Below, in pieces: positions 1 through 7,680 of a stretch of 8,942 bases of DNA. The stretch is taken from contig NW_021828283.1 of assembly GCF_006345805.1 (NCBI RefSeq), positions 1 through 8,942 of the forward strand, read 5' to 3'. Under the pieces are notes generated by a model. It was not told the DNA's origin. It worked only from the letters and a program-made list of their open reading frames with translations, and did not search any database. The stretch comes from Octopus sinensis (Eukaryota). The translations under genes and the position numbers were made by a program. Position 1 is the stretch's first letter, and the number at the start of each line of letters is the position of its first letter.

Positions 1-106
1 GACTTAACATCAAGTGTTTACAGGTTCTTCGAGCCCTCATTCACAATGAAGAGCGAAAACTGTGTGAAGACTGGGAGACAAGAACTGGTGAAAGTAAAGT
101 CATGAA
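1..106 (+). CDS. ITPR: Internal coding exon (5' end outside window) of an IP3 receptor-like Ca2+ release channel
   Basis: Frame from base 3 is open: LNIKCLQVLRALIHNEERKLCEDWETRTGESKVM plus 2 nt (AA), then a GT donor (gtatgg) at 107. This recalls the 'CIKVLQTLR'-type segment of IP3Rs. Phase 2 joins the exon at 1162 (AA+G = Lys). The symbol is family-level only. Confidence 0.75.
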
Positions 107-174
107 GTATGGAATCTTGTTCCTATTTTTTCTTGGTTTTGTTATCCTGATAATGTTTGACTTTTTTTTATTCC

Positions 175-383
175 AGCTGGCAGAATCATTAGCATGCCGG
201 ACAAAACGCTTAGCGAAGTTTCGTCCGTCTATACGTTCTGAGTTTAAATTTTACAGAGGTCGACTTTGCCTTTCGTCCTTTCGGGGTCGATGAAATAAGT
301 ACCAGTTGAACACTGGGGTCGATGTAATCGTCTTAGGCCCTCCCCAGAAATTGCTGGCCTTGTGCCAAAATTTGAGACCAATA
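175..383 (+). mobile_element. tRNA-derived SINE, family A, copy 1
   Basis: Head agctggcagaatcattagc, degenerate B box gagtttaaatt and core gaggtcgactttgcctttcgtcctttcggggtcgat...agtacc...ctggggtcgat, shared with copies at 2881, 8087 and 8308. Confidence 0.9.
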
Positions 384-454
384 TTTGTCAACCTTTATAA
401 TGTAGGAAGGGGTTTTAGGGGAGTGGGGGCGCACAATGTATGAACAATTATTTT

Positions 455-788
455 ACCTTTTTACTTGTTTCAGTCATTAGACTGCGGCCATGCTGGGGCA
501 CCGCCTTGAAGGGGTTTTAGTCGAGAACATCGACCCTGGGACTTACTTTTCGACCCTAGTACCTATTCTATCGGTACCTTTTTGCCGAACGACTAAGTTA
601 CGGAGACGTAAACACACCAACACCGGTTGTCAAGCAGTGGTGGGGGAAGACAAACACAGACACAAACACACATACACACACACATATATATATATTTAAA
701 TATATATATATATACATGTATATATATATATAATATCATATATATTCACACGTACACACACACAGAACCACACACACACACACACACA

Positions 789-827
<39 letters not shown>

Positions 828-1050
828 TATTCACACGTACACACCAACCACACGAACACAACACACACACACATATATATATATATATTATATATATATA
901 TATGCGACGGGCTTCTTTCTGTTTCGTCGACCAAAGCCACTCACAAGGCTATAGCTGAAGACACTTGCCCGAGGTGTCACGCAGTGGGACTGAACCCAAA
1001 ACCACGCGATTCGGAAGCAAGCATCTTACCACACAGCCATGCCTACGCCC
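455..1050 (-). mobile_element. tRNA-derived SINE, family B, with internal microsatellite
   Basis: On the minus strand: A box TGGCTGTGTGG (1029-1039), B box GGGTTCAGTCCC (986-997), then acctcgggcaagtgtctt (similar to the start of the CORE-SINE domain), an internal CA/TA tract, and a 3' part ending gactgaaacaagtaaaaa. Confidence 0.85.
651..903. repeat. Compound (CA)n/(TA)n microsatellite inside SINE B
   Basis: Direct reading. Confidence 0.95.
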
Positions 1051-1161
1051 ATTACTGATTTTTTTTTTCTTCAAATTTCTCCAAATTTTTCTTTCACATT
1101 TTTCCTCTTTATATTTTTTCTTTTTTTTCCCGTACCTCAATTTCATTTCATTTCATTTCAG

Positions 1162-1318
1162 GCAACTTAAAATAATTTCCGACACTCAACGACTCTACGA
1201 CAAAGCCGGTGCTATGGACAAATGCTTACCTCACCTAGCCTCCAGGAACGATAATATTGCAAAAGAAGTGTTGGGTTTCCTCTGTATTATGCTTTTTAAT
1301 GCTAACCAGACTGTGCAA
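1162..1318 (+). CDS. ITPR: 157-bp internal coding exon of the same IP3R-like gene
   Basis: Pyrimidine tract and tttcag acceptor (AG 1160-1161), donor gtaaga at 1319. Encodes (K)QLKIISDTQRLYDKAGAMDKCLPHLASRNDNIAKEVLGFLCIMLFNANQTVQ, which aligns by eye with the IP3R segment QCHLDKEGAS...ALLEGGNTTIQ and the RyR equivalent LGIAILNGGN..VQ, upstream of the RIH-associated domain. Confidence 0.8.
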
Positions 1319-1372
1319 GTAAGAAACAAACCAAATTCTTCAAATTTATATTTTTTCCCTAAATTCTACGTT

Positions 1373-1414
<42 letters not shown>
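1373..1414. repeat. (TA)n microsatellite
   Basis: Direct reading. Confidence 0.95.
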
Positions 1415-1416
<2 letters not shown>

Positions 1417-1428
1417 TTTGAAATAAAC

Positions 1429-1882
1429 ATTGTTGCCAACATAACATGGCAGTCCTGGTTTAGGGCTAATGTTACTGTAATTTAGCCCCAGGAGACATCG
1501 TCTCCAGCTGGTTATACGACATGATCTGTATCCTTATATTTTTGAACAAGGGAATCTAGCACCCCCACTCAGCTCAAAACAATATCTGTGTATAGCAATT
1601 TCTGGGTTATTTCCCTTCATCAACACAGAATAACTGCTTGGCTAGAGGTAAAATATTTATTATGATCATGAGATCGAACATAGAAAAGGACATAACAAGA
1701 CAAACAAATACAAAAAGTTATATGAGTTCGAATGAGTTCGAATGAAACTCCCGTTCGAAATATATAGTTTTCAAATTGACAACTAGTCCCCGATTTATAA
1801 ATTAGAAAATCACTATTTTAAAATCTTACAGCGTGAGATATTAGTCCTAAACCAGGACTGCCATGTTATGTTAGCAAACAAT
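1429..1882. mobile_element. Non-coding element bounded by ~41-bp inverted repeats (MITE-like, or inverted Penelope-type terminal repeats)
   Basis: Left arm 1429-1470 and right arm 1840-1882. Perfect 27-bp core aacataacatggcagtcctggtttagg (1438-1464 vs 1846-1872). Two mismatches and one indel overall, no ORF, no clear TSD. Confidence 0.8.
1585..1629 (-). ncRNA. Minimal type-I hammerhead ribozyme-like motif (C3>U)
   Basis: Minus strand: UCUGUG-UUGAUGA-a-GGG aaauaa CCC-a-GAAA-uugcua-UA-CACAGA. Perfect 6-bp stem I, 3-bp stem II, AUA triplet. Helix III (ATTGCTAT) is one change from the palindrome ATAGCTAT. Confidence 0.65.
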
Positions 1883-2077
1883 CTTTACTCCAAAGTACTG
1901 TTACTGATCATCTCACGTTGTGAGATTTAGAAATAGTAATTTTCTAATTTCTTTCTTTGTCATATCCTTATTGATGTTTCTTTCCCCCTTCGGTCTATGT
2001 AACATTTTTGTGTGCTAGGATTCATCATTTAATGCCGTCCTCAATGTCTTGGCCCCTTATGACCAATAAAAAAAATT

Positions 2078-2087
2078 CATCATCATT

Positions 2088-2119
<32 letters not shown>

Positions 2120-2225
2120 ATCTTTAGTGGTCAAGGTAATCCTGGATCCGTGGAGCACCCTGATCGGCTCTAGCTGGTGTTTCTCTCGTATCAGTAACAG
2201 CTGCATTCCTGCTGCCATATACTTT
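2078..2225 (-). mobile_element. Possible 3' end of a non-LTR retroelement with (GAT)n tail
   Basis: (CAT)n at 2078-2119 abuts a GC-richer ~100-bp segment. The layout mirrors the (TGA)n-tailed RTE end at 8634-8815, but I see no recognisable protein. Confidence 0.35.
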
Positions 2226-2310
2226 GTATAATGTGTGTACTTTCATCGTATTTCACAGTTTTTTTCCATTTCTTTCTTTCCATCGTTTATGTAAACTTCC
2301 ACACCAATTC

Positions 2311-2371
2311 TTGTCTGTCTTTGTGACGTTCCCCTCATTTATGCCCCTGTGTCTAATAAAAGAAATTATTA

Positions 2372-2416
<45 letters not shown>

Positions 2417-2453
2417 CATTATTATTATTATTATTATCCTTATTATTATTATT
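2311..2453 (+). mobile_element. 3' tail fragment of SINE family A with (TAT)n tail
   Basis: gtctgtctttgtgacgttcccctcatttatgcccctgtgtctaataaaaga (2313-2363) resembles 8259-8309. (TAT)n follows at 2365-2453. Confidence 0.6.
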
Positions 2454-2538
2454 CCTTCGAAACACGTGTAGGTAAAAATGCACCGGAGTCTTTAGTCATC
2501 TGTCAACTCACAAGAACCTCAAACAGATAATACTTTCC

Positions 2539-2602
<64 letters not shown>

Positions 2603-2636
2603 CATTATCATTTATTCATTATTATTATTATTATTA

Positions 2637-2685
<49 letters not shown>

Positions 2686-2737
2686 CATTATTATTATTAT
2701 TATTATTATTAGTATATATTATATTATTATTATTATA

Positions 2738-2774
<37 letters not shown>

Positions 2775-2849
2775 CATTATATTATTATCATTATTATTAT
2801 TATCATTATTATTATTATCATTATTATTATTATCATTATTATTATTATC

Positions 2850-2880
<31 letters not shown>
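2539..2880. repeat. ~340-bp (TAT)n microsatellite with CAT interruptions
   Basis: Direct reading. Confidence 0.95.
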
Positions 2881-3103
2881 AGGTGATGAGCTGGTGGAAT
2901 CGTTAGCGCGTCGAACGAAATGCTTAACGGCAGTTCTTCGTGTTTTACGTTATGAGTTCAAATTCCGCCGAGGTCGACTTTGCCTTTCGTCCTTTCGGGG
3001 TCGATAAGATAAGTACCTGTTGACCACTGGGGTCGATGTAATCGACCAGCGCCCCACCACTAAAATATATGACCTTTTGCCTATAGTAAAAGAAGTAGTA
3101 GTA

Positions 3104-3151
<48 letters not shown>

Positions 3152-3160
3152 AAGTAGTAG
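2881..3160 (+). mobile_element. tRNA-derived SINE, family A, copy 2, with (TAG)n tail
   Basis: Head gagctggtggaatcgttagc, B box gagttcaaattcc, full core, (TAG)n at 3094-3160. Confidence 0.9.
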
Positions 3161-3344
3161 CCGCGTGTCTTCACTGGTTTATATAAAACTCTTCTTGTGA
3201 CACTAATAAGTTGAGGTGTCTTGTCCCTGGGTGTGTACATAGCCCCGGAGTGGATTCAAACTTAGTTAATGTCACTATGACCTCGTTAGGGTAAGGTAAC
3301 TCTTGTGAGTTTTGTTCCAGACTGGTACACAAACATGTGTATAA

Positions 3345-3391
3345 ACACCTGATGATGGCAGAAAATCACACCTGTCGAAATGTAATGGTGT
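3345..3391 (+). ncRNA. Hammerhead-like motif with non-cleavable triplet
   Basis: ACAC-CUGAUGA-u-GGCAG aaaaucacac CUGUC-GAAA-uguaa-U-G-GUGU. Both core boxes, a 5-bp stem II and a 4-bp stem I are present, but position 17 is G. Confidence 0.5.
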
Positions 3392-3466
3392 AAAAAATTT
3401 TGATATACACTGTAAAGGCGATCGGTTCTAATCAAGCCTGGCACGGTGTATACATCCAGGAATGGG

Positions 3467-3515
3467 ACACCTGATGACAACCCGGGATCGAACGTCATTG
3501 AAATATAGCGCAGGT
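3467..3515 (+). ncRNA. Degenerate hammerhead-like motif
   Basis: acacCTGATGA (11-bp repeat of 3345-3355), GAAA at 3500-3503 followed by tata. Canonical stems I and II do not form. Confidence 0.3.
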
Positions 3516-3747
3516 ATTAATATTATAAATATATACAATAAAGATGATTAGTTCTTAAACAATTTGCACAACTAGGAATTAGATAATGGTTAGAGATCAA
3601 AGTAACCGATCGGAACCTAGAATAGGTGTAAATATTGTTCATATATATAGTTAATCCAAACAAGAAAACACAAAAAAAAACAACAACGCGAGGACGTGGA
3701 ACAAATATAGTATTATTGGACGCTCAGGAAAGAAGGGAAGAAGGAGG

Positions 3748-3782
3748 GTTTAACATTTCGAGCGGAGCTCCTCGTCGGAAAC
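3748..3782 (-). ncRNA. Minimal type-I hammerhead-like motif (U4>C)
   Basis: Minus strand: GUUU-CCGACGA-g-GAGC ucc GCUC-GAAA-ug-UU-AAAC. 4-bp stems I and II, GUU triplet. Helix III AUGU is one CpG-type transition from the palindrome ACGU. Confidence 0.6.
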
Positions 3783-4106
3783 ATAGGAGAAAGAAAGATT
3801 CAGAGAAGGAAAGACAGAGGAAAAAAAATCGCCAACGGTACACACGAGGTCGACTATTTCTAATGCAGCGTTGTATTACGTATACCTCCGGAAAAAACAC
3901 ATTTGTTAAGGATCGGAGATCAAACACAAAAATTTAGCATAGAAGGAAATATTACAATAGGAAAATTAGACCAGTTCAGATATGCTTCAGCGATGTTTGA
4001 ACCCGCGAACGGCTTTTCACTGCTGTTTGTCGAGGGGAAACACATTCTCGCTTAAGACAAAAAGGTCTCAAAACACCATAGTCAGCTCAGATCATCCTCT
4101 ATTTGA

Positions 4107-4149
4107 CTGGAGGTTGCATTTCGAACTACTCAGCTCTCTTCAGCACTAG
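4107..4149 (-). ncRNA. Hammerhead-like motif with intact CUGAAGA/GAAA and stem II
   Basis: Minus strand: cuagug-CUGAAGA-GAGCU gagu AGUUC-GAAA-UGCA-a-c-cuccag. Canonical G10.1-C11.1 and palindromic UGCA loop, but U16.1 is A and stem I pairs 4 of 6. Confidence 0.55.
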
Positions 4150-4779
4150 ATACCAAGAGAGACAACTCTGAGCTAATATTTTCTCCCCAGTGACAATCTG
4201 CAGTGAAAAATCTTTACAAATTCCAATATCTCTCAAATATATTTGTATTACGGAGATGTACTTGCATAGCAAGTGACCTGATCTGAGATCGTGTGCTGGA
4301 ACGAAAACAATTGCAGTGTGGAAGGTGTTCATAAGCCATTTAAGAAACACACAAAAACCGTTAGATTCACTTCAACATTTAAATTTAATTTGAATTAGTT
4401 TTAAGCATGTTCACTCTTAGACATTACTTCGCGTATCTATTCACGAATTACATTTTTTTTTCTAGACATAAGGTCTGAAATATAGAATCTAATTAAATTT
4501 AATTTATTTTAAAATTATTAAATATTTATGTTGTGGATCTTTTGCCATCTTAACATACACCGAATTATATACCCTTCCTGCATCCTCCCTGCTTTGCTAA
4601 AGAATTAAGCATACAAGTGAGTGTAGAGGTGTGTGGAAGTGTCGGATATTCTAGATTTAAGTGGATGAAGGAATCTAGAAATAGGTGTGTCCCTATGTGT
4701 ATCCAGGTTGACTGTGGCACTAAGAATTTCTCAGGAGATATTTCCAACTGGAAGTTTATTTCTATTCTCCCTTCACACA

Positions 4780-4974
4780 CTCTCTCCCTTCTCTCTCTCT
4801 CCCTTCTCTCTCCCTCTCTCTCCCTCTCTCCCTTCTCTCCCTCTCTCCCTCTATCTCTTCTCTCCCTCTCTCTCCCTTCTCTCTCCCTCTCTCTCCCTTC
4901 TCTCTCCCTCTCTCCCTTATCTCCCTCTCTCTCCCTTCTCTCCCTCTCTCCCTTCTTTCCCTCTCTCTCTCTCC
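4780..4974. repeat. Polypyrimidine (CT)n/(CCCT)-type low-complexity tract
   Basis: Direct reading. Confidence 0.95.
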
Positions 4975-5519
4975 TTTTTTCTTCTGGAAATCGAATATAA
5001 TAATATAATGACTAGGTTTTTCATATTTACAAAATAGACGAAATTAAACATGTTTTTTCCAAGTTAAAAATTCGGGGGAAAAGAAAATTAATAAAAAAAT
5101 TTTAACTTATTTTTTTTATTAACCTATTTATGCGTAACAACAATATGAAAAGCATATTTTTAAGATACTTAAGTTCTACTATAAATAGATTTTCTAATAT
5201 CTTAAACTATATTCTTAAAAATTCACAGGGCCACTTGGAGAGTTACAAAAGAAATAGCGTTTAAAGTTAATAATTGAGAAAAAAATTGAATAACTATTTT
5301 TTATCTAACAAAATAATAAAAAAAAACATTAGCGTCATAAGAACTTAGAAACTTTGAAAGATGGGAAATAAATTGTTTTTTTTTTCTTCGACAGTAAAAC
5401 AATAGAACACCGTTAAAAACTAAAAATTAAATTTAAATAACGTTTCTCAAGATGGCTGAAGCCAATTTTGCCTTTAATTCTTGAAGCGTCGATAAATAAA
5501 AAACAAATTTTTGGTGATG

Positions 5520-5590
5520 TTGTTAACGCGTTGGACAGGATACGATATTGTGTCTCTTCTAGTTCGATGCATTCTGAGTTCAAATCCAAC
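5520..5590 (+). mobile_element. Old, degenerate SINE family A head fragment
   Basis: gttaacgcgttggaca...ttctgagttcaaatcc resembles gttagcgcgtcgaacg...atgagttcaaattcc of the copy at 2881. Confidence 0.5.
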
Positions 5591-5867
5591 AGTAGCTCTA
5601 CTTGTGTAATAGACTTAATTTGTCGCCTAGTTTAACACCTCCATTTGGTACCTTTTATGTCATTTTTGGAGTCGACTGAGTCGCAAACATTCCAGTCAGG
5701 TCTCCGAAAACAGTGTCTTCTTCCCCTCCACTAATCTTAGAGGTACAGCAATGGGTTCCGCATGTGTTCCACACTAAGCAAAAAAATTAGTTCGCTTTTT
5801 CTAAACGCTTTTAAGCCAATTCATTTTCATGAACGGGGCACTTGGATACCAGTTGCAGCCTACCAGT

Positions 5868-5935
5868 GCACTACTGCAGCGCACTACTGCAGCGCGCTAC
5901 TACAGCGCACTACTGCAACGCACTGCTGACGCAGC
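5868..5935. repeat. 13-bp GC-rich minisatellite, five units (consensus GCACTACTGCAGC)
   Basis: Units start at 5868, 5881, 5894, 5907 and 5920. The last unit has a 3-bp insertion. Confidence 0.9.
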
Positions 5936-6491
5936 CAAAACTTTGTCAATCTCCATCTTACAATAATTGTGCGAATATAAAAATACAAGGTGAAAAACTC
6001 TCAATTGTTTTATATTTAGTATATTTACAATTCCACAATAGCTGTGGTCAGAATTGGTCGTTGAAGAGTTTTTTTATATATCCTTTGTGTTTCGTTGTTT
6101 CCTTTTTAATGAAATTAACTTTTACTCTTGTTCTTTTCTCCCGTTTGTTTCTAATATATGATATATAAATATACATAGAAAAATAATATATTCTGTTTTA
6201 TAAAATGATTTAATTATTACAATTAGAATCTTTAGAGTACGAATCGAAACAGCTGTAAGGAATTATGTTTATTTTTACAGTAAATAACTATACTTATTAA
6301 TTGATTTATCATCATTTTCTTATTTTTCTTCAATAAATATAAACCTTGGTTTATCTAATTATCTCTTATTCATGTGTATTATAATTAATACTCACAACGA
6401 ATATTATGCAATGAAGCATTAATTCAATGGATATTACTGTCCCTTAATGAGGCTTATCCAACCTCTTATTGAACTCTGTGTGTGTGTGTGT

Positions 6492-6883
6492 GGAGGCGCA
6501 ATGGCCCAGTGGTCAGGGCAGCGGACTCACGGTCGTAGGATCGTGGTTTCGATTCCCAGACCGGGCGTTGTGAGTGTTTATTGAGCGAAAACACCTAAAG
6601 CACCACGGGGCTCTAGGAGGGGATGAGGGTGACGAACCCTGCTGTACTCTTTTCACCACAGCTTTCTCTCACCCTTTCTTCCTGTTTCTGTTGTACCTGT
6701 ATTTCAAAGGGGGCCAACCTTGTCACACATACAGTGTCACCCTGACTCCCCCCTACCGAGAACTACGTTAAGGGTACACGTGTCTGTGGAGTGCTCAGCC
6801 ACTTGCACGTTAATTTCACGAGCAAGTTGTTCTGTTGATCGGATCAACTCCAACCCTCGTCGTCGCAACCGACGGAGTGCCAC
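6492..6883 (+). mobile_element. tRNA-derived SINE, family C (apparently full length)
   Basis: A box TGGCCCAGTGG (6502-6512), B box GGTTTCGATTCC (6545-6556), ~320-bp body unrelated to families A and B. Flanked by (TG)n and (TA)n. Confidence 0.85.
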
Positions 6884-6884
6884 G

Positions 6885-6962
6885 ATATATATATATATAT
6901 ATAAATATAAAATATATATATAAATATATATATTATAATATATATATAATATATATTAATAT

Positions 6963-7021
<59 letters not shown>
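6885..7021. repeat. Imperfect (TA)n microsatellite
   Basis: Direct reading. Confidence 0.95.
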
Positions 7022-7023
<2 letters not shown>

Positions 7024-7305
7024 TAAACTGATAAGACTAGATATTAGACCTTGATCTTAGCCATAAGACTATATATATATATATATATATATATACGCGA
7101 GAAAGAAGCAACAAGAATGGATAGGTTTTTAGTACGATCGTTTCATACAAGGACCTATCCATTCTTGTTGCTTCTTTCTCGCTTATAATCACCCCACATT
7201 ACTGTATGTTAAATCAGTATAGTTTTTTTGGTGCATCTAAGTTAGGTACCATATTCAAGTAAATAATTTAAATTAACTTGAATCTTTATTGCTCTTTGTA
7301 TATAT

Positions 7306-7340
<35 letters not shown>

Positions 7341-7383
7341 ATTAAACTGATAAGACTAGATATTAGACCTTGATCTTAGCCAT

Positions 7384-7388
<5 letters not shown>
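7022..7388 (+). repeat. Direct repeat pair (7022-7070 and 7341-7388), each embedded in (TA)n
   Basis: attaaactgataagactagatattagaccttgatcttagccata(a)gact, identical except for one A. Confidence 0.95.
7097..7182. repeat. Perfect 30-bp inverted repeat with 26-nt loop
   Basis: gcgagaaagaagcaacaagaatggataggt (7097-7126) is the exact reverse complement of 7153-7182. Confidence 0.95.
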
Positions 7389-7414
<26 letters not shown>

Positions 7415-7599
7415 GCGTGAGTAGGTGTGTGAAGTAGTTGGTAGTTCGTTCATCTTTATTTTACTGAGTGTAATTTTTTTTTGTTTTCTCGTGCTTTTAG
7501 TAAGGTTTCTTATACTGTTTTGATTTTTATTAAAGTGTTGTTATCATTGTTGTTGTTTTAGCTGTTTTTTATTTTTAGTTGTTGTTATTGTTACGAATA

Positions 7600-7680
7600 T
7601 GAGCATGGCCGTGTGGTTAAAGTAGTTCCCTTCGTAACAGTGGGACTTCGTGTTCGATATCCCACAGCGCTGCGGCAATT
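7600..7680 (+). mobile_element. Degenerate tRNA-derived SINE head (family B-like)
   Basis: A box TGGCCGTGTGG (7606-7616) and B box-like gtgttcgatatccc (7650-7663). Confidence 0.5.

Larger units (their letters stand above)
107..1161 (+). other. GT-AG intron (1055 bp, phase 2)
   Basis: GT at 107-108, AG at 1160-1161, reading frame preserved across the junction. Confidence 0.8.

Noticed and set aside
405-429. G-quadruplex or telomere-like ggaaggggttttaggggagtggggg
   Set aside because: Only three runs of three or more G and not a tandem telomeric array.
627-1058. ORFs rich in HT/YI repeats, plus similar ORFs at 746-940, 2224-2483, 2950-3240, 4617-5037, 6720-7026 and 8550-8884
   Set aside because: They are translations of microsatellites and SINEs. 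Only the RTE-derived part of 8550-8804 is meaningful.
965-1426. 153-aa ORF as a single gene
   Set aside because: Only 1162-1318 is a splice-bounded exon; the rest is SINE, pyrimidine tract and (TA)n.
4126-4350. Minus-strand ORF with FVPAHDL...DFSLQIVTGEK, resembling mariner WVPHEL...FLHRIVTGDEKW
   Set aside because: The catalytic Asp and the Trp residues are missing, no downstream DD34D motifs or TIRs are visible, and the ORF overlaps a hammerhead-like motif. Probably chance; TBLASTN/HMMER against Tc1/mariner transposases would settle it.
6492-6565. tRNA gene
   Set aside because: A and B boxes are present, but there is no closing acceptor stem or poly-T terminator and it runs into a SINE body. 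The same applies to the other tRNA-like heads.
5868-7388. CRISPR-like array from the spaced or tandem repeats
   Set aside because: Eukaryotic intron context; the repeats lack unique spacers or occur only twice, and there are no cas genes.
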